Source: Candidatus Poribacteria bacterium
GTDB lineage: Bacteria; Poribacteria; WGA-4E; PCPOR2b
Reading direction: 5' to 3'
DNA length: 64,000 nucleotides
Assembly (NCBI GenBank): GCA_965215015.1
Contig: OZ244042.1
Coordinates: 3,424,001 to 3,488,000, forward strand
The first letter of the stretch is position 1, and every line of letters begins with the position of its first letter. The position numbers and the translations under genes are program-made. Of the stretch, positions 10,398 through 20,820 are shown piece after piece. The notes under the pieces are model-generated. The model saw nothing but the letters and a program-made list of their open reading frames with translations. It was not told the DNA's origin and searched no databases.

Positions 10398-11357
10398 CTA
10401 GAGAACTGATAGCGCAGCAAACAATGCTTTGATGTACCCCACAGAATATGCCAATCCGGTGTCGCCCTCCATGCGGGGGATGTGGTCGGGGTTTAAGCAA
10501 CCGTCAAATTCGAGTTTATGCAGTTCGAGGACGATTTTGAACATATTCATGTCTCCATCGTCTAGGAGGACCTCCTCAAAAGCCCCGGCAGTCGCAAGGC
10601 TTCCTCTGACGTTGCGGAGGTGAACCATAAAAATCTTGCCTTTACGACCGTAGTTGTTGATTTCATCGAGAACAAGGGGGGTACTGCCCGCCTCACCTCT
10701 GGTGCCGCAGCAGTAGAGGTATCCGACATTTCTGCTGGGAAAGGCGTCAATTACGCGATGGAATCCCAGGCTTCCCAAAGGTGTGTCGGGATTGGGGGTG
10801 TCAGAGGGATGGATGGCGAGTTTTATATCGTACGCTTCGGCTATGGGAACAAGATGTCCGTAGACCTCGCAGAAACGTTTCCACCACTCTTCGAGCTCCT
10901 CGAAGTTTGGCGTTTCGGGAGGATTTTCCGTCAACCCCCGACTCTCTCCGCGCGATAAGTAGCCGCCGCGATGCGCGGAATTGTAGCGGGTCATCAATTG
11001 GTTAAAGGTATCCCCCCAGAATCGCTGCCTTGCGATGGGGATGGCTGCCTCTCCGAAAACCTTTAAGGCGTTACAGGTATTTTCCAGTTCTTTTTCTGCG
11101 CCCGGTAGCCCTTTCATAAATGTCTCGGTGATGTCAGGCAGGGTTACGCGGTTGATATCAAGTCCCCAAGAACGAATCTTCTTTCTGATTTTGATGACCT
11201 CATCCAAATCTGGATAGCCCTGTTCTGTGACGCCGGGGAAAGACTGACCGCTACCAAAATCGATGCAATCTGCGCCTAACTGTGTAACCTGCTTCAGATA
11301 ACTGTCCGAGAGACCTCCGTCCCAGACGGATATTTTCATCATTGCTTTTACCTCCAA
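10398..11357 (-). CDS. uxuA: mannonate dehydratase family protein
   Basis: LAIHPSD, VHLRNV, DDGDMNM, PDHIP, YSVGYIKAL. Confidence 0.8.
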   Translation of the reverse strand: MEVKAMMKISVWDGGLSDSYLKQVTQLGADCIDFGSGQSFPGVTEQGYPDLDEVIKIRKKIRSWGLDINRVTLPDITETFMKGLPGAEKELENTCNALKVFGEAAIPIARQRFWGDTFNQLMTRYNSAHRGGYLSRGESRGLTENPPETPNFEELEEWWKRFCEVYGHLVPIAEAYDIKLAIHPSDTPNPDTPLGSLGFHRVIDAFPSRNVGYLYCCGTRGEAGSTPLVLDEINNYGRKGKIFMVHLRNVRGSLATAGAFEEVLLDDGDMNMFKIVLELHKLEFDGCLNPDHIPRMEGDTGLAYSVGYIKALFAALSVL

Positions 11358-11492
11358 TTTATGGAACGTGATGTGTAAAATATAATTTATTTGTACGGTG
11401 CGAACGATTCTATTTTAGAACAAAATGGAAAATTTTGAAATAAAAAAGTATGGAAGGTTTCCGATAGTCTCTGTCCATAATCTCCGAATACC

Positions 11493-12152
11493 GTGTGGAT
11501 CTGCCCGGTCCGTTGTGATATAATAAATTCACAACTTGAGGAACATGGCAGATTGTGTGGGCAAATGATGAAAGTTAAAGGACGGATCCAGCAAAACGAT
11601 AACCCTCATAGTTACTGTCCTGAATGCTGGAGTGAGTGCATCCAACCTTATGCAGCTAAAGGCAGGGAATACTACCGATGCGAGTGTTGCGGGTATAACG
11701 ATAGCCGCCTCATTATGTTCTATCCGCAAATGCGTTACCGCATTTTACCCAACAGTGAATTGCTACACTATTCCGTCGGTGCAGTCATCGAGTGGGAGAA
11801 GAAGATTCTCCTATTCCACCGAAGATTATTCCCATTTCGTTACACAATCGTTGCTGGGCATTGGGACTTGGACGATGATACATCGGAGGCCGCCGTTGCT
11901 CGCGAGATAGAGGAAGAAGCGGGAATTGAGATCCATCCTGAAGAACCGGTGTTTGTGGAAACGCTGAAAGAACCGTGTCGTCGCGGTGCGGATTTCCACG
12001 AATGGCGATTATACCGAGCGAGGGTAGATCAAAACACGGCGACATTATCCGACGAAGCGGATATCATCGGATGGTATGCCCCTGATGAGATAAGGGGGCT
12101 TGATTTAACCATTCCGACTGAATACTTTCTGAAGAAGCTAGGGATTATCTGA
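11493..12152 (+). CDS. NUDIX hydrolase with N-terminal zinc ribbon
   Basis: CPEC...CECC; Nudix box GH...AVAREIEEEAGI; true start probably downstream. Confidence 0.8.
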   Translation: MWICPVRCDIINSQLEEHGRLCGQMMKVKGRIQQNDNPHSYCPECWSECIQPYAAKGREYYRCECCGYNDSRLIMFYPQMRYRILPNSELLHYSVGAVIEWEKKILLFHRRLFPFRYTIVAGHWDLDDDTSEAAVAREIEEEAGIEIHPEEPVFVETLKEPCRRGADFHEWRLYRARVDQNTATLSDEADIIGWYAPDEIRGLDLTIPTEYFLKKLGII

Positions 12153-12165
12153 GGCGATGCGGCCG

Positions 12166-12888
12166 TTATAGCTCACCGATGCAAAACACGGTGTTTTTTG
12201 CTTCCAAGCTGCGAATTTCGGAATAGTGATACACTTGGGTAACTTCCACCCCATCTTCAATGATTGGCGTCGGTTGTTCGAGGACGAAGTCAGCAAAGTG
12301 GGGGGTGTTGAAGGCAACGTAAGCGAGGCTGAATGTCTCAATCTGTCGATCGTATCGCTTTGACAGGTCTGGAAATAGGACTATTCCTGTATCAACTTGG
12401 TAGATGTCTGCGTTTTCATCTATATTCATCGTTTTAACAGGACACTCGATAATTGCCCGCTGATGTGCGTTAGCATCCCATATCTCTGTGTGCGTCACGA
12501 TGGGCAGGCATTTTCGCGTGGCTTCAAAAATGGCTGCGTTGCTATCAAGAACTTGGACGGACGAGGCCTCTTGCACATCAAACAGGGCTCCTCCCCAATA
12601 TTCCTTCGCGGGCCTATACTCGACGTAATTATCATTGCGATAGGCGTGCCTTCTGAATACCGCCGTATGTTCTTGGCCAAAAACGGGCAGGAAGTCGTAG
12701 TTTGGATTTACGAAGAGATCCTTCTTTGCAAAAGTGTGTTCACTCTTACACGAACCGCACTGGTAGTAATCGCTGAAGCTTCCATCTGTATCGTCTATCA
12801 TGCGACATCGGGATTCGACCCAAAATCGGGGTGCATTCCCATTGCCAACAGAGCTGATAAAAGAGAGTCCATAATCAAGGCAATTCAT
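12166..12888 (-). CDS. conserved hypothetical protein
   Basis: ORF from MNCLDYG with AAGGA RBS; RFWVESRC and CKSEHTF motifs; function unknown. Confidence 0.6.
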   Translation of the reverse strand: MNCLDYGLSFISSVGNGNAPRFWVESRCRMIDDTDGSFSDYYQCGSCKSEHTFAKKDLFVNPNYDFLPVFGQEHTAVFRRHAYRNDNYVEYRPAKEYWGGALFDVQEASSVQVLDSNAAIFEATRKCLPIVTHTEIWDANAHQRAIIECPVKTMNIDENADIYQVDTGIVLFPDLSKRYDRQIETFSLAYVAFNTPHFADFVLEQPTPIIEDGVEVTQVYHYSEIRSLEAKNTVFCIGEL

Positions 12889-13026
12889 TGCTATTTCCTT
12901 TCGGTGTGGTATGCGGTTCGTTAAATCCATTTTATCCTTACAGTGTTCATGTGTCAACAAGAATCTCCTGTTTTTCCGGATTTTTCTGTTTATCGTAGGG
13001 CCGGAACAGAAAGAAAGGGTGAGATA

Positions 13027-14130
13027 ATGACTCATAAGCAAATTAGGACAACCCTAATCACGCTTTTTGTATGTGCATTATTTTTTCAACCGAGTAAGGC
13101 TTCCGCTGAATCGAGTGAGGCAGCGCAGCTCTATGAGACCGCTTTCCGGCTGATAGTTGAAGGGGATTATGGTGAAGCGTATGATTGGCTCGACGAAGTC
13201 ATCGATAGATATCCGGACACTGTCTATGCACGGTTCGCTGAAAATCGGAAGCGGCGGTTGGAACAGTTGAATCTACCGGACATCCGGCGCAAGGAAATTG
13301 ACCAGAGCGGTCGGATTGGGACCGTGGTGTTCAGCACCTTATATTCGACATGGTTAGGAATTGGTACGGCGAGGCTGGTTGATGATACGGACGGAGCAAA
13401 GACCGTCGCTGGGGGTATGATGATAGGTGCACCGACAGGGCTTTTGACTTCTCTGGTTGCAACGCGAAACGCGAAATTGACCCAAGGTCAGTCTGCTTTA
13501 ATTAGCTTTAGTGGTTTGTGGGGGACATGGCAGGGACTGGGTTGGGCAATCCTGATCGACGAGGAGGACAATGAAAAGCCATTGATTGGCGGCGCAATGA
13601 TCGGCGGCCTGTCAGGTATTCTGACAACCTCTGTTCTCACGAGGAAAATTGACCCGAGCTCAGGAGACATGGGGATTATCAATTACGGGGCACTTTGGGG
13701 TACATGGCTATCTTTGTGTGCAGGCCAGGTCGTCGGTGTTGAGGATGGCGATGGGTTGCTCGCTTGGACACTCATCGGGGGCAATATAGGTACGATAGCA
13801 ATGGCCTCGCTTTCCTCAAAAATTGACATCACACCGGCGCGAGCACATTGGATTAATCTGGGCGGTGTTATCGGCACTACAGTTGCCAGTGGAATAGTGA
13901 TGATAATCGCTGAAAGCCATATTAGTCCGGAGGCCGCATTTACCTTCCTGATGGCTGGCGGCATTGCTGGGCTTATTACAGGCACCTACACCACCCGTCA
14001 TATTCCGTCTCCAGAAGCGCATAAGAGTCTGAGTCGGCGAGATGATTCGACACTCTGGCATCGACTGCCTCACGAGTTACAGTTAAGTCCTAACGGTATA
14101 CACGTCAATCTCTTCAGCCTCCGATTTTAG
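13027..14130 (+). CDS. exported TPR-like plus glycine-rich membrane protein (paralogue 1)
   Basis: Signal peptide, TPR-like helix pair (YPDTVYA), repeated GxWGTW hydrophobic segments, C-terminal ...LFSLRF. Confidence 0.7.
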   Translation: MTHKQIRTTLITLFVCALFFQPSKASAESSEAAQLYETAFRLIVEGDYGEAYDWLDEVIDRYPDTVYARFAENRKRRLEQLNLPDIRRKEIDQSGRIGTVVFSTLYSTWLGIGTARLVDDTDGAKTVAGGMMIGAPTGLLTSLVATRNAKLTQGQSALISFSGLWGTWQGLGWAILIDEEDNEKPLIGGAMIGGLSGILTTSVLTRKIDPSSGDMGIINYGALWGTWLSLCAGQVVGVEDGDGLLAWTLIGGNIGTIAMASLSSKIDITPARAHWINLGGVIGTTVASGIVMIIAESHISPEAAFTFLMAGGIAGLITGTYTTRHIPSPEAHKSLSRRDDSTLWHRLPHELQLSPNGIHVNLFSLRF

Positions 14131-14176
14131 TCGCAGATTTTTATCTATTTAATCAGCAATTAGAAAGGATGTAGAT

Positions 14177-15325
14177 ATGCCGAATCAACTCATCAAAATT
14201 ATTATCGTAACCGTTCTTTTCCTTTTTGCACACCCGTTGTGGGCGGGTGAGATTAAATCAGAAATCAAAACACTGGAAGCACAATTAATCTATGAAGACG
14301 CCGTTAAGCAGGTTGTCGATGAGGAATATGATAAAGCACTCAGAAAACTGGATTGGATTATCTCTGTGTATCCTGAAACACGGTACGGGCAATTAGCAAC
14401 GGATAAAAGGAAAGAGGTTGCTATTTTACTTCAACAGCCCAAACCAATCAGCGGCATGAGTAGAGCGAGTTTGGTCGGGTTCGGTACCCTTTTTACGACA
14501 TGGCTAGGCGTCGGTACGTTGATTCTTTTGGAAACAGAGGAGGCGGTCCCTTATGGTCTCGTTTTAATCGCGGGGCCCTTGGGTGGATTAATCGGTTCTT
14601 TAAGTTTCACGCGGGAGAGCGAACTGAGCGATGGGCAGGCTTCACTGATGACCCTCGGAGGGACTTGGGGTATCTGGCAAGTGGTTGGGGCAGCAAACCT
14701 CGCCGATGCTGGTGAAAAGCTGACTGTGGGTGCGAGCATGGCGGGAGGGGCCATTGGACTAGCGTTGGCTGGGCGCGTCGTCAGAGATAGGGACATCAGC
14801 CCTGGCGATGTAACGTTGATTAATTTCGGTGGAATCTGGGGAACATGGTTTGCACTCTGGGGGGCTATGGCTGCTCGCGACAGGAGCGGTGATAACAGCA
14901 AATTTGTTCTTGGCAGTGCAATGATGGGTGGTAATATTGGACTAGCGACCATGTCGGCATGGGCACCAAAACTCAACATGAGTCGTGCCCGCGCCCGTCT
15001 TATTAACATCGGGGGTATTGTAGGTACACTCTACGGTTTAGGCGCGAATATTCTGCTCGACATTGAGCCGGAAGACCGGACCTTTTGGTTACTCATGGGA
15101 ATCGGCGGCATGGTTGGATTGACAGCGGGTTCCTATTTTACCCGGAACTACGACACTCCAGAGAGCTATTTCATAGAAAGTGGTGTGGGATTGCTGAATT
15201 TTGAACCCACGGAGAAGCGATGGGACTTGTCTTTCCCCACGATTACTGTTTCCCCTGTCGGCGGTGGAGGTTCGCAGGTTCCTGATATTGAATTGCGGAC
15301 ATCGTTGGTTCGGGTCCGGTTCTGA
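14177..15325 (+). CDS. exported TPR-like plus glycine-rich membrane protein (paralogue 2)
   Basis: Same architecture as upstream gene (YPETRYG, GIWGTW, RARLINIGG, C-terminal LVRVRF). Confidence 0.7.
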   Translation: MPNQLIKIIIVTVLFLFAHPLWAGEIKSEIKTLEAQLIYEDAVKQVVDEEYDKALRKLDWIISVYPETRYGQLATDKRKEVAILLQQPKPISGMSRASLVGFGTLFTTWLGVGTLILLETEEAVPYGLVLIAGPLGGLIGSLSFTRESELSDGQASLMTLGGTWGIWQVVGAANLADAGEKLTVGASMAGGAIGLALAGRVVRDRDISPGDVTLINFGGIWGTWFALWGAMAARDRSGDNSKFVLGSAMMGGNIGLATMSAWAPKLNMSRARARLINIGGIVGTLYGLGANILLDIEPEDRTFWLLMGIGGMVGLTAGSYFTRNYDTPESYFIESGVGLLNFEPTEKRWDLSFPTITVSPVGGGGSQVPDIELRTSLVRVRF

Positions 15326-15363
15326 TTGCGGAAGGTAGAAAGGAGCCTCACCATACAAGCGCA

Positions 15364-16578
15364 ATGAACAAGGTTGAGCAGATGCGCTCCACAATAGATC
15401 AAACGTACCCTGATTTTCCTGACAGGACTACCCTTCGGGCATTCTACGCTAGTATGTTTCTCTATTGGGGTGCGCTATATATCTACTCACCGATTCTATC
15501 GGTATACACTCAGTCGTTGAGTGCATCGTTCACGACTGTGGGAATGGTTGTTGGGGCGTACGGCTTCGTACAGATGTGGCTACGAATTCCGTTGGGGATT
15601 TGGTCTGATAGGTTGGGCCGTCGCCTGCCGTTTCTTTATGCCGGACATTTCTTCAATCTCGTCGGGTGTTTGGGACTTGCGATGGCACCGACACCGATGT
15701 ATCTCGTGATCTTCCGTGGTGTACTTGGCATTAGTGCCGCCACATGGGTCGCCTTTACAGTGCTTTTCGCTAGCTACTTTCCGCCGGATCAGAGTCCCAG
15801 GGCGATGGGTGTTGTCACGGCTATCAATGGCATCTCGCTTATTATTGTTAACGGGCTCGGGGGTCAAATCGCGCAGATGTGGGGAATGGGTGCCACATTC
15901 TACGCCGGTGCTGGTCTAGCGGCTGTGGGGCTTATAGCAACGGTGCCGATCAAGGAACATCGGACGCCGCGTCAGCCTCCGACGTTTCGACAGATATGGC
16001 GCATCATCACACACCCTACCTTGATGCTCATTGCGTCAATTACGGCACTCAATCACTACTCATTCTGGGCGACCACATTTGGTTTTATTCCGCTCCATGC
16101 GGAGAATCTGGGTGCAAGCAACTTTGTGCTCGGCATCATTGGTGTTGCGGCGTTGGTGCCCTATACTTTAACCGCTCCGATGAACCATCACTTTGCTGCC
16201 CGTTTAGGCGAAAATTGGGCTGTCTTTATAGGGATTCTAGTGATGGCGGTGACGATGCTTGTCGTTCCCCTAATCCACAATATCCCGTTACTAGCGGCTT
16301 CCCAAGGTGCGAATGGATTGGGGCGCGGTCTCGTATACCCTTTGCTGATGGGGTTGAGTATCCGTGAGGTATCTGGTGAGGACCGGGCGACAGCGATGGG
16401 GGTATATCAGGCGGTGTACGCAATCGGTATGTTTTTGGGACCAACGACCGCCGGTGCTGTTGCCGATGTGGCGGGGCTTTCTGGGGCATTCATCATTGCG
16501 GGCACAGTTTCGGTGATTGCGGCGATAGCAGCTTTAATCCTGCTCGGACGGACGAACGATTCACCAAATCGCGGATAA
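15364..16578 (+). CDS. MFS transporter
   Basis: About 12 hydrophobic segments; motif A GIWSDRLGRR. Confidence 0.92.
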   Translation: MNKVEQMRSTIDQTYPDFPDRTTLRAFYASMFLYWGALYIYSPILSVYTQSLSASFTTVGMVVGAYGFVQMWLRIPLGIWSDRLGRRLPFLYAGHFFNLVGCLGLAMAPTPMYLVIFRGVLGISAATWVAFTVLFASYFPPDQSPRAMGVVTAINGISLIIVNGLGGQIAQMWGMGATFYAGAGLAAVGLIATVPIKEHRTPRQPPTFRQIWRIITHPTLMLIASITALNHYSFWATTFGFIPLHAENLGASNFVLGIIGVAALVPYTLTAPMNHHFAARLGENWAVFIGILVMAVTMLVVPLIHNIPLLAASQGANGLGRGLVYPLLMGLSIREVSGEDRATAMGVYQAVYAIGMFLGPTTAGAVADVAGLSGAFIIAGTVSVIAAIAALILLGRTNDSPNRG

Positions 16579-16601
16579 GCATCAACCGAAATTAGCACAC
16601 A

Positions 16602-17405
16602 TCACAGCTTTCCATCCGCCCGCATTTGTGCACCGTAAGCTTCAATCTCAGCTTTTTCCTCCGGTGTCAGTGTGTGGCAATCGGACAGTGCTGATGCGAT
16701 TCGGCGGAAGCGGGGCACGTCTCGCAATCCCATAATTGTTAAACCCACCGACTCATGACTGAGGACGTAGCGGTAGAATTGTTCTGGGGCCGGGGCGCCT
16801 TCACCATCGAAGAGCTTATCGTTGCGCGACGCATTCATAATCACTACGCCGGTGTTATGCTTACGTGCCTCCGGGAGCACGGTTTCCTCCGGCTCCTTCA
16901 TGGCGCAATTGTACCAGCATAGCACGGTATCAAAAAATCCGGTCGCAACCGCCTGCTGGATCTGTTCCCAATCGTGGCCCGTAACGCCGATGAAGCGAAT
17001 CAATCCTTCCTCTCGCGCTTTCTGAACCGCTTCCAGTACGCCCCCGGCTCCTAAAGCGCGGTTCCGTTCCTCTTCGGTATTTAGATGGTGGAGTTGGTAG
17101 ATGTCGATATGATCTGTTCTCAGCAGGCGCAGCGATGTTTCGAGATCTCGACGTGCCCCCTCGGCATCGCGCTGTGCGGTCTTGGTTGCCAGAGTCAACT
17201 CATGGCGCCGTCCTTGGATGGCGTTTCCGATAACCCTTTCATCATCTCCATCTCGATATGCTCGTGCCGTATCCATATAATTGACGCCACAGTCCAACGC
17301 GGCTCGATACCCATCGGCGGTTTCGCAATACGCACCGCCGGTGCCCAATCGAGTTACTACCACCCCTGTTCGACCAAGGGTCGTTTGGGGAATCAGATCA
17401 GCCAT
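16602..17405 (-). CDS. aldo/keto reductase
   Basis: LGRTG, DTARAY, SLRLLRTDHIDIYQLH, IRFIGVTGH. Confidence 0.92.
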   Translation of the reverse strand: MADLIPQTTLGRTGVVVTRLGTGGAYCETADGYRAALDCGVNYMDTARAYRDGDDERVIGNAIQGRRHELTLATKTAQRDAEGARRDLETSLRLLRTDHIDIYQLHHLNTEEERNRALGAGGVLEAVQKAREEGLIRFIGVTGHDWEQIQQAVATGFFDTVLCWYNCAMKEPEETVLPEARKHNTGVVIMNASRNDKLFDGEGAPAPEQFYRYVLSHESVGLTIMGLRDVPRFRRIASALSDCHTLTPEEKAEIEAYGAQMRADGKL

Positions 17406-17620
17406 GAGTGTATACCTCTTCGTTTTTTTTGTCTTTGTATCTGTTATATGCCTGTCGCGCTGCCCTAATAAGAGGTTCCGTTCCGAAGCCTCCGATAAAT
17501 CGGAGGAATCCCAATCTGTCGGGAGATTCAAAGCAACTGGGACTGTGTTGGTTCATTAATTATATTTATTTTTAAGGATATGTCAAGCGAGAAAAGGGAC
17601 TTGAGGTTGTGGGAAACTGC

Positions 17621-17649
17621 TTGACATGCCACTTATCAATCGTTAAAAT
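17621..17649 (+). promoter_or_regulatory. sigma70 promoter
   Basis: TTGACA-17 bp-TAAAAT upstream of the FmdB gene. Confidence 0.7.
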
Positions 17650-17714
17650 ATATCAAATCCTGACATTTTTCGCAATGTCTGTTGAAAACAACTGAGTAGA
17701 AGGAGCCTCATTAT

Positions 17715-18065
17715 ATGCCGACATACGAATATAAATGCTTGGATTGCGGCATCCAATTCGATTTGTTTCAAAGTATCACCGAAGATCCCATCCAAAAATG
17801 CCCCGAATGTTCAGGTCAGACCAAGCGATTAATTGGTGCTGGTGCCGGACTAATTTTTAAGGGGTCGGGTTTCTACATCACGGACTATCGCAGTGAAGGG
17901 TACAAGGAGGGTGCTAAAAAAGACAAAGAATCGTCATCAAGCGGTGCCGAGGATAGCAAAAGCGGGGATTCTAAATCTAGCAAGACAGAGAGCAGCGAGG
18001 CCTCCAAATCTATCAAGACGGAAAACAGTAACGCTTCTAAGTCGACTTCAGATGCAAGCACGTGA
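17715..18065 (+). CDS. FmdB family zinc ribbon protein
   Basis: MPTYEYKCxxC...CPEC...FKGSGFYITDY, Ser-rich tail. Confidence 0.93.
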   Translation: MPTYEYKCLDCGIQFDLFQSITEDPIQKCPECSGQTKRLIGAGAGLIFKGSGFYITDYRSEGYKEGAKKDKESSSSGAEDSKSGDSKSSKTESSEASKSIKTENSNASKSTSDAST

Positions 18066-18201
18066 GAGATATAATAGATAACTTCTGCATTTCGTAGGGC
18101 ACCGTCCATCGGAGGGCTCAGTGTATTACGCATAGATAATACCTTTGCTATAGACGATTTTCAGATAGGTTGACTGTGTTCATTAATCGAAAGGAGATAG
18201 C

Positions 18202-19143
18202 ATGGCCCACACACATCACCATGATGGAGAGGTAGATGGACCTCAACATAGTCATCAACATCGCTTACAGGGAAAATTCCGATTCGCAATCCTGTTGACA
18301 ACATTTGTGCTCGTCATTGAAATAGTAGGGGGGATTTTGTCGAATAGTTTGGCGTTGTTGAGCGATGCAGCGCATGTTTTCTCAGATTCTCTGTCGCTGA
18401 TTATGAGTTGGCTGGCAATCTATCTGTCAACTCGCCCGGCAACTAACTTGCGGACCTATGGTTATCATCGGACAGAGGTATTCGCCGCATTCATCAACGG
18501 GGTTTCACTGATTGTAATCTCCGTGTGGATTTTTTACGCGGCTGTCCACCGGTTTATCGAACCCGAACCTGTTAAAAGTAAAGAGATGCTGGTCGTGGCG
18601 ATTATCGGATTTATTGCGAATATGGCCATTGTTTGGCTATTTCATGGTGAAGGGCATAAGAGCCTCAATGTGCGTAGTGCGGTGCTTCATGTTATTGGAG
18701 ATGCGCTCGCCTCTGTTGGCGTCATTGTGGGCGGGGCGGTAATCTATTGGACTAGCTGGTTTATTGTCGATCCAATTCTGAGCTGCGGGATTGGTCTGGT
18801 CGTTTTGATTGGGGCGGTCAGGGTCACGAAAGAAGCGGTTCACATCTTATTAGAGGGCTCACCGAAACATGCGGAGGCCCAAAAAGTGGCAGCATGCATC
18901 AGTGCTATCGACTCGGTCAAGGATGTCCATGACATGCACATCTGGTCTTTATGCTCTAATTATTTGGCGTTGAGCACGCATGTGTCAATCGTTGAGGATG
19001 CAAGCAAATCTTCACATGAATTACTGCAGGAGATTAACGACAAGTTACAAACACATTTTGGTATTTTCCACACGACCATTCAGATTGAACAGCCGGGTTG
19101 TCCCTACGAGGGGCACCTGCTGTGTAACGCACCCCACCACTGA
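18202..19143 (+). CDS. cation diffusion facilitator (CzcD/ZitB-like)
   Basis: His-rich N-terminus, SLALLSDAAH, HVIGD, HDMHIW. Confidence 0.93.
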   Translation: MAHTHHHDGEVDGPQHSHQHRLQGKFRFAILLTTFVLVIEIVGGILSNSLALLSDAAHVFSDSLSLIMSWLAIYLSTRPATNLRTYGYHRTEVFAAFINGVSLIVISVWIFYAAVHRFIEPEPVKSKEMLVVAIIGFIANMAIVWLFHGEGHKSLNVRSAVLHVIGDALASVGVIVGGAVIYWTSWFIVDPILSCGIGLVVLIGAVRVTKEAVHILLEGSPKHAEAQKVAACISAIDSVKDVHDMHIWSLCSNYLALSTHVSIVEDASKSSHELLQEINDKLQTHFGIFHTTIQIEQPGCPYEGHLLCNAPHH

Positions 19144-19419
19144 AACGTGATGCGTAAATGGTCATGGGTTCATTAGTCTATTGGTTCATTAATTAACTAG
19201 TGGGTGTTGGCATTTTGCTGTCGTCAGTCAATTTTAGACAATTGACCTACAGAAGCCCTTATCCAGTTAGGTTTCACTCAATCTATCTATAAGTGGCTGC
19301 TATTGAAAGGCGGAAACTCCATTGGGGTTGATAGCAATTCGTATGTAACCGTTCAACCCAACCTACGTACCTGTCAAATGTCAACAGAACCTAATGTACC
19401 AATGGACTCTTGAATAAGA

Positions 19420-20598
19420 TTAATACGACCGGGGCAGGTCCAACTCGTGGGTGGCAAGATAGGCAAGCACTAGGTTGTTGTTGACCGGCGCGACTTGATA
19501 GAGCCGTGTTTCCCGAAACTTACGCTCTACATCATATTCATCGACAAAGCCGTAACCGCCGTGCGTGTCAAGGCAGATGTTGGCTGCCTGCCAACTTGCC
19601 TCAGAAGCGAGCAGTTTTGCCATATTTGCCTCTGCCCCACAGGAGGCATTGGCATCGAATAGCCAAGCCGCTTTGTAGCGAACCAGATCTGCTGCAACCG
19701 TCGCTGCATAAGCACGGACGATGGGAAACTGCACCCCTTGATTGCGACCAATGGGAGCTCCAAAAACTTCGCGGTCGCGGGCGTAGGCACACCCCCGATC
19801 GATAAACCAATAGCCGTCACCGATAGCTTCTGCTGCCAGCAGGATGCGCTCGGCGTTCCAACCATCAATGACGTAGCGGAAGCCCCTCCCCTCTTCGCCG
19901 ATTAAACTATCGAGTGGCAGCCGTAGATTGCGGAACCAGACTTGGTAGGTTGCGTAGTTGAACATGGTGCGGACAGGCTGCACCTCTAACGCTCCTTCTT
20001 GGCAGCGTGCATCGCGCAAGTCGATTAAGAACAGGCTAAGTCCCTCTGTCCGCTTGTCCACCGCTTCCCGGGGGGTTGTGCGTGCCAACAGCAGAAGCAG
20101 GTCTGATTGCTCGATGCGGCTGGTCCAGTTCTTATGACCGTTAACAATGTATGCGGAATCCTCACGTCGAGCGAAGGTGTGGATACTAGGGGTATCAGAG
20201 CCGGCTTCCGCCTCGGTGACCGAGAATGCTTGTAGCCGGAGTTCGCCGTTGGCGATGGATGGCAGCCAACGTTCCTTCTGTACATCGCTGCCGTGTCGAA
20301 GTAGTGCACCCATGAGATACATCTGTGCATGAAACGCCGCCGCGTTACCGCCGGAACGGTTAATCTCCTCCAAAACGATGCTTGCCTCCGTTACACCCAA
20401 GCCGAGCCCGCCGTATGCTTTGGGAATCAGAATCGAGAGAAAGCCAGCTTCTGTGAGTCTTTCGACAAAGGCTTGCGGATACGCGCGATCTCGATCGGTT
20501 TCACGCCAGTAGGTATCGGGGAATTGGGTGCAGAAATCGCGGATGCGCCCTCGGAGTACCTCGTGCTCAGGGGAGGACTGAAAATCCATCATATACAC
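19420..20598 (-). CDS. acyl-CoA dehydrogenase
   Basis: VTEAEAGSD, NGHKNWTS, ERILLAAE, HGGYG. Confidence 0.93.
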   Translation of the reverse strand: MYMMDFQSSPEHEVLRGRIRDFCTQFPDTYWRETDRDRAYPQAFVERLTEAGFLSILIPKAYGGLGLGVTEASIVLEEINRSGGNAAAFHAQMYLMGALLRHGSDVQKERWLPSIANGELRLQAFSVTEAEAGSDTPSIHTFARREDSAYIVNGHKNWTSRIEQSDLLLLLARTTPREAVDKRTEGLSLFLIDLRDARCQEGALEVQPVRTMFNYATYQVWFRNLRLPLDSLIGEEGRGFRYVIDGWNAERILLAAEAIGDGYWFIDRGCAYARDREVFGAPIGRNQGVQFPIVRAYAATVAADLVRYKAAWLFDANASCGAEANMAKLLASEASWQAANICLDTHGGYGFVDEYDVERKFRETRLYQVAPVNNNLVLAYLATHELDLPRSY

Positions 20599-20820
20599 CT
20601 TTCTAGTTGAAGGGTTGTCAACATTCTGCTAGCCCTGACGTTACTAGCTTTCATCTTATCACACACCTCATGGAATTACAAGATAGATCTTGAAGTTAGT
20701 GCACCGCCTATGATGGCTCTATATACCGAATATGTAATACGTGATGCGTAAAAAAAATTGTATGTATTACGCATTATGTTTTAGTGAAGTAGGTAGCGTC
20801 TATTGAATTAGCGAGGGGAG

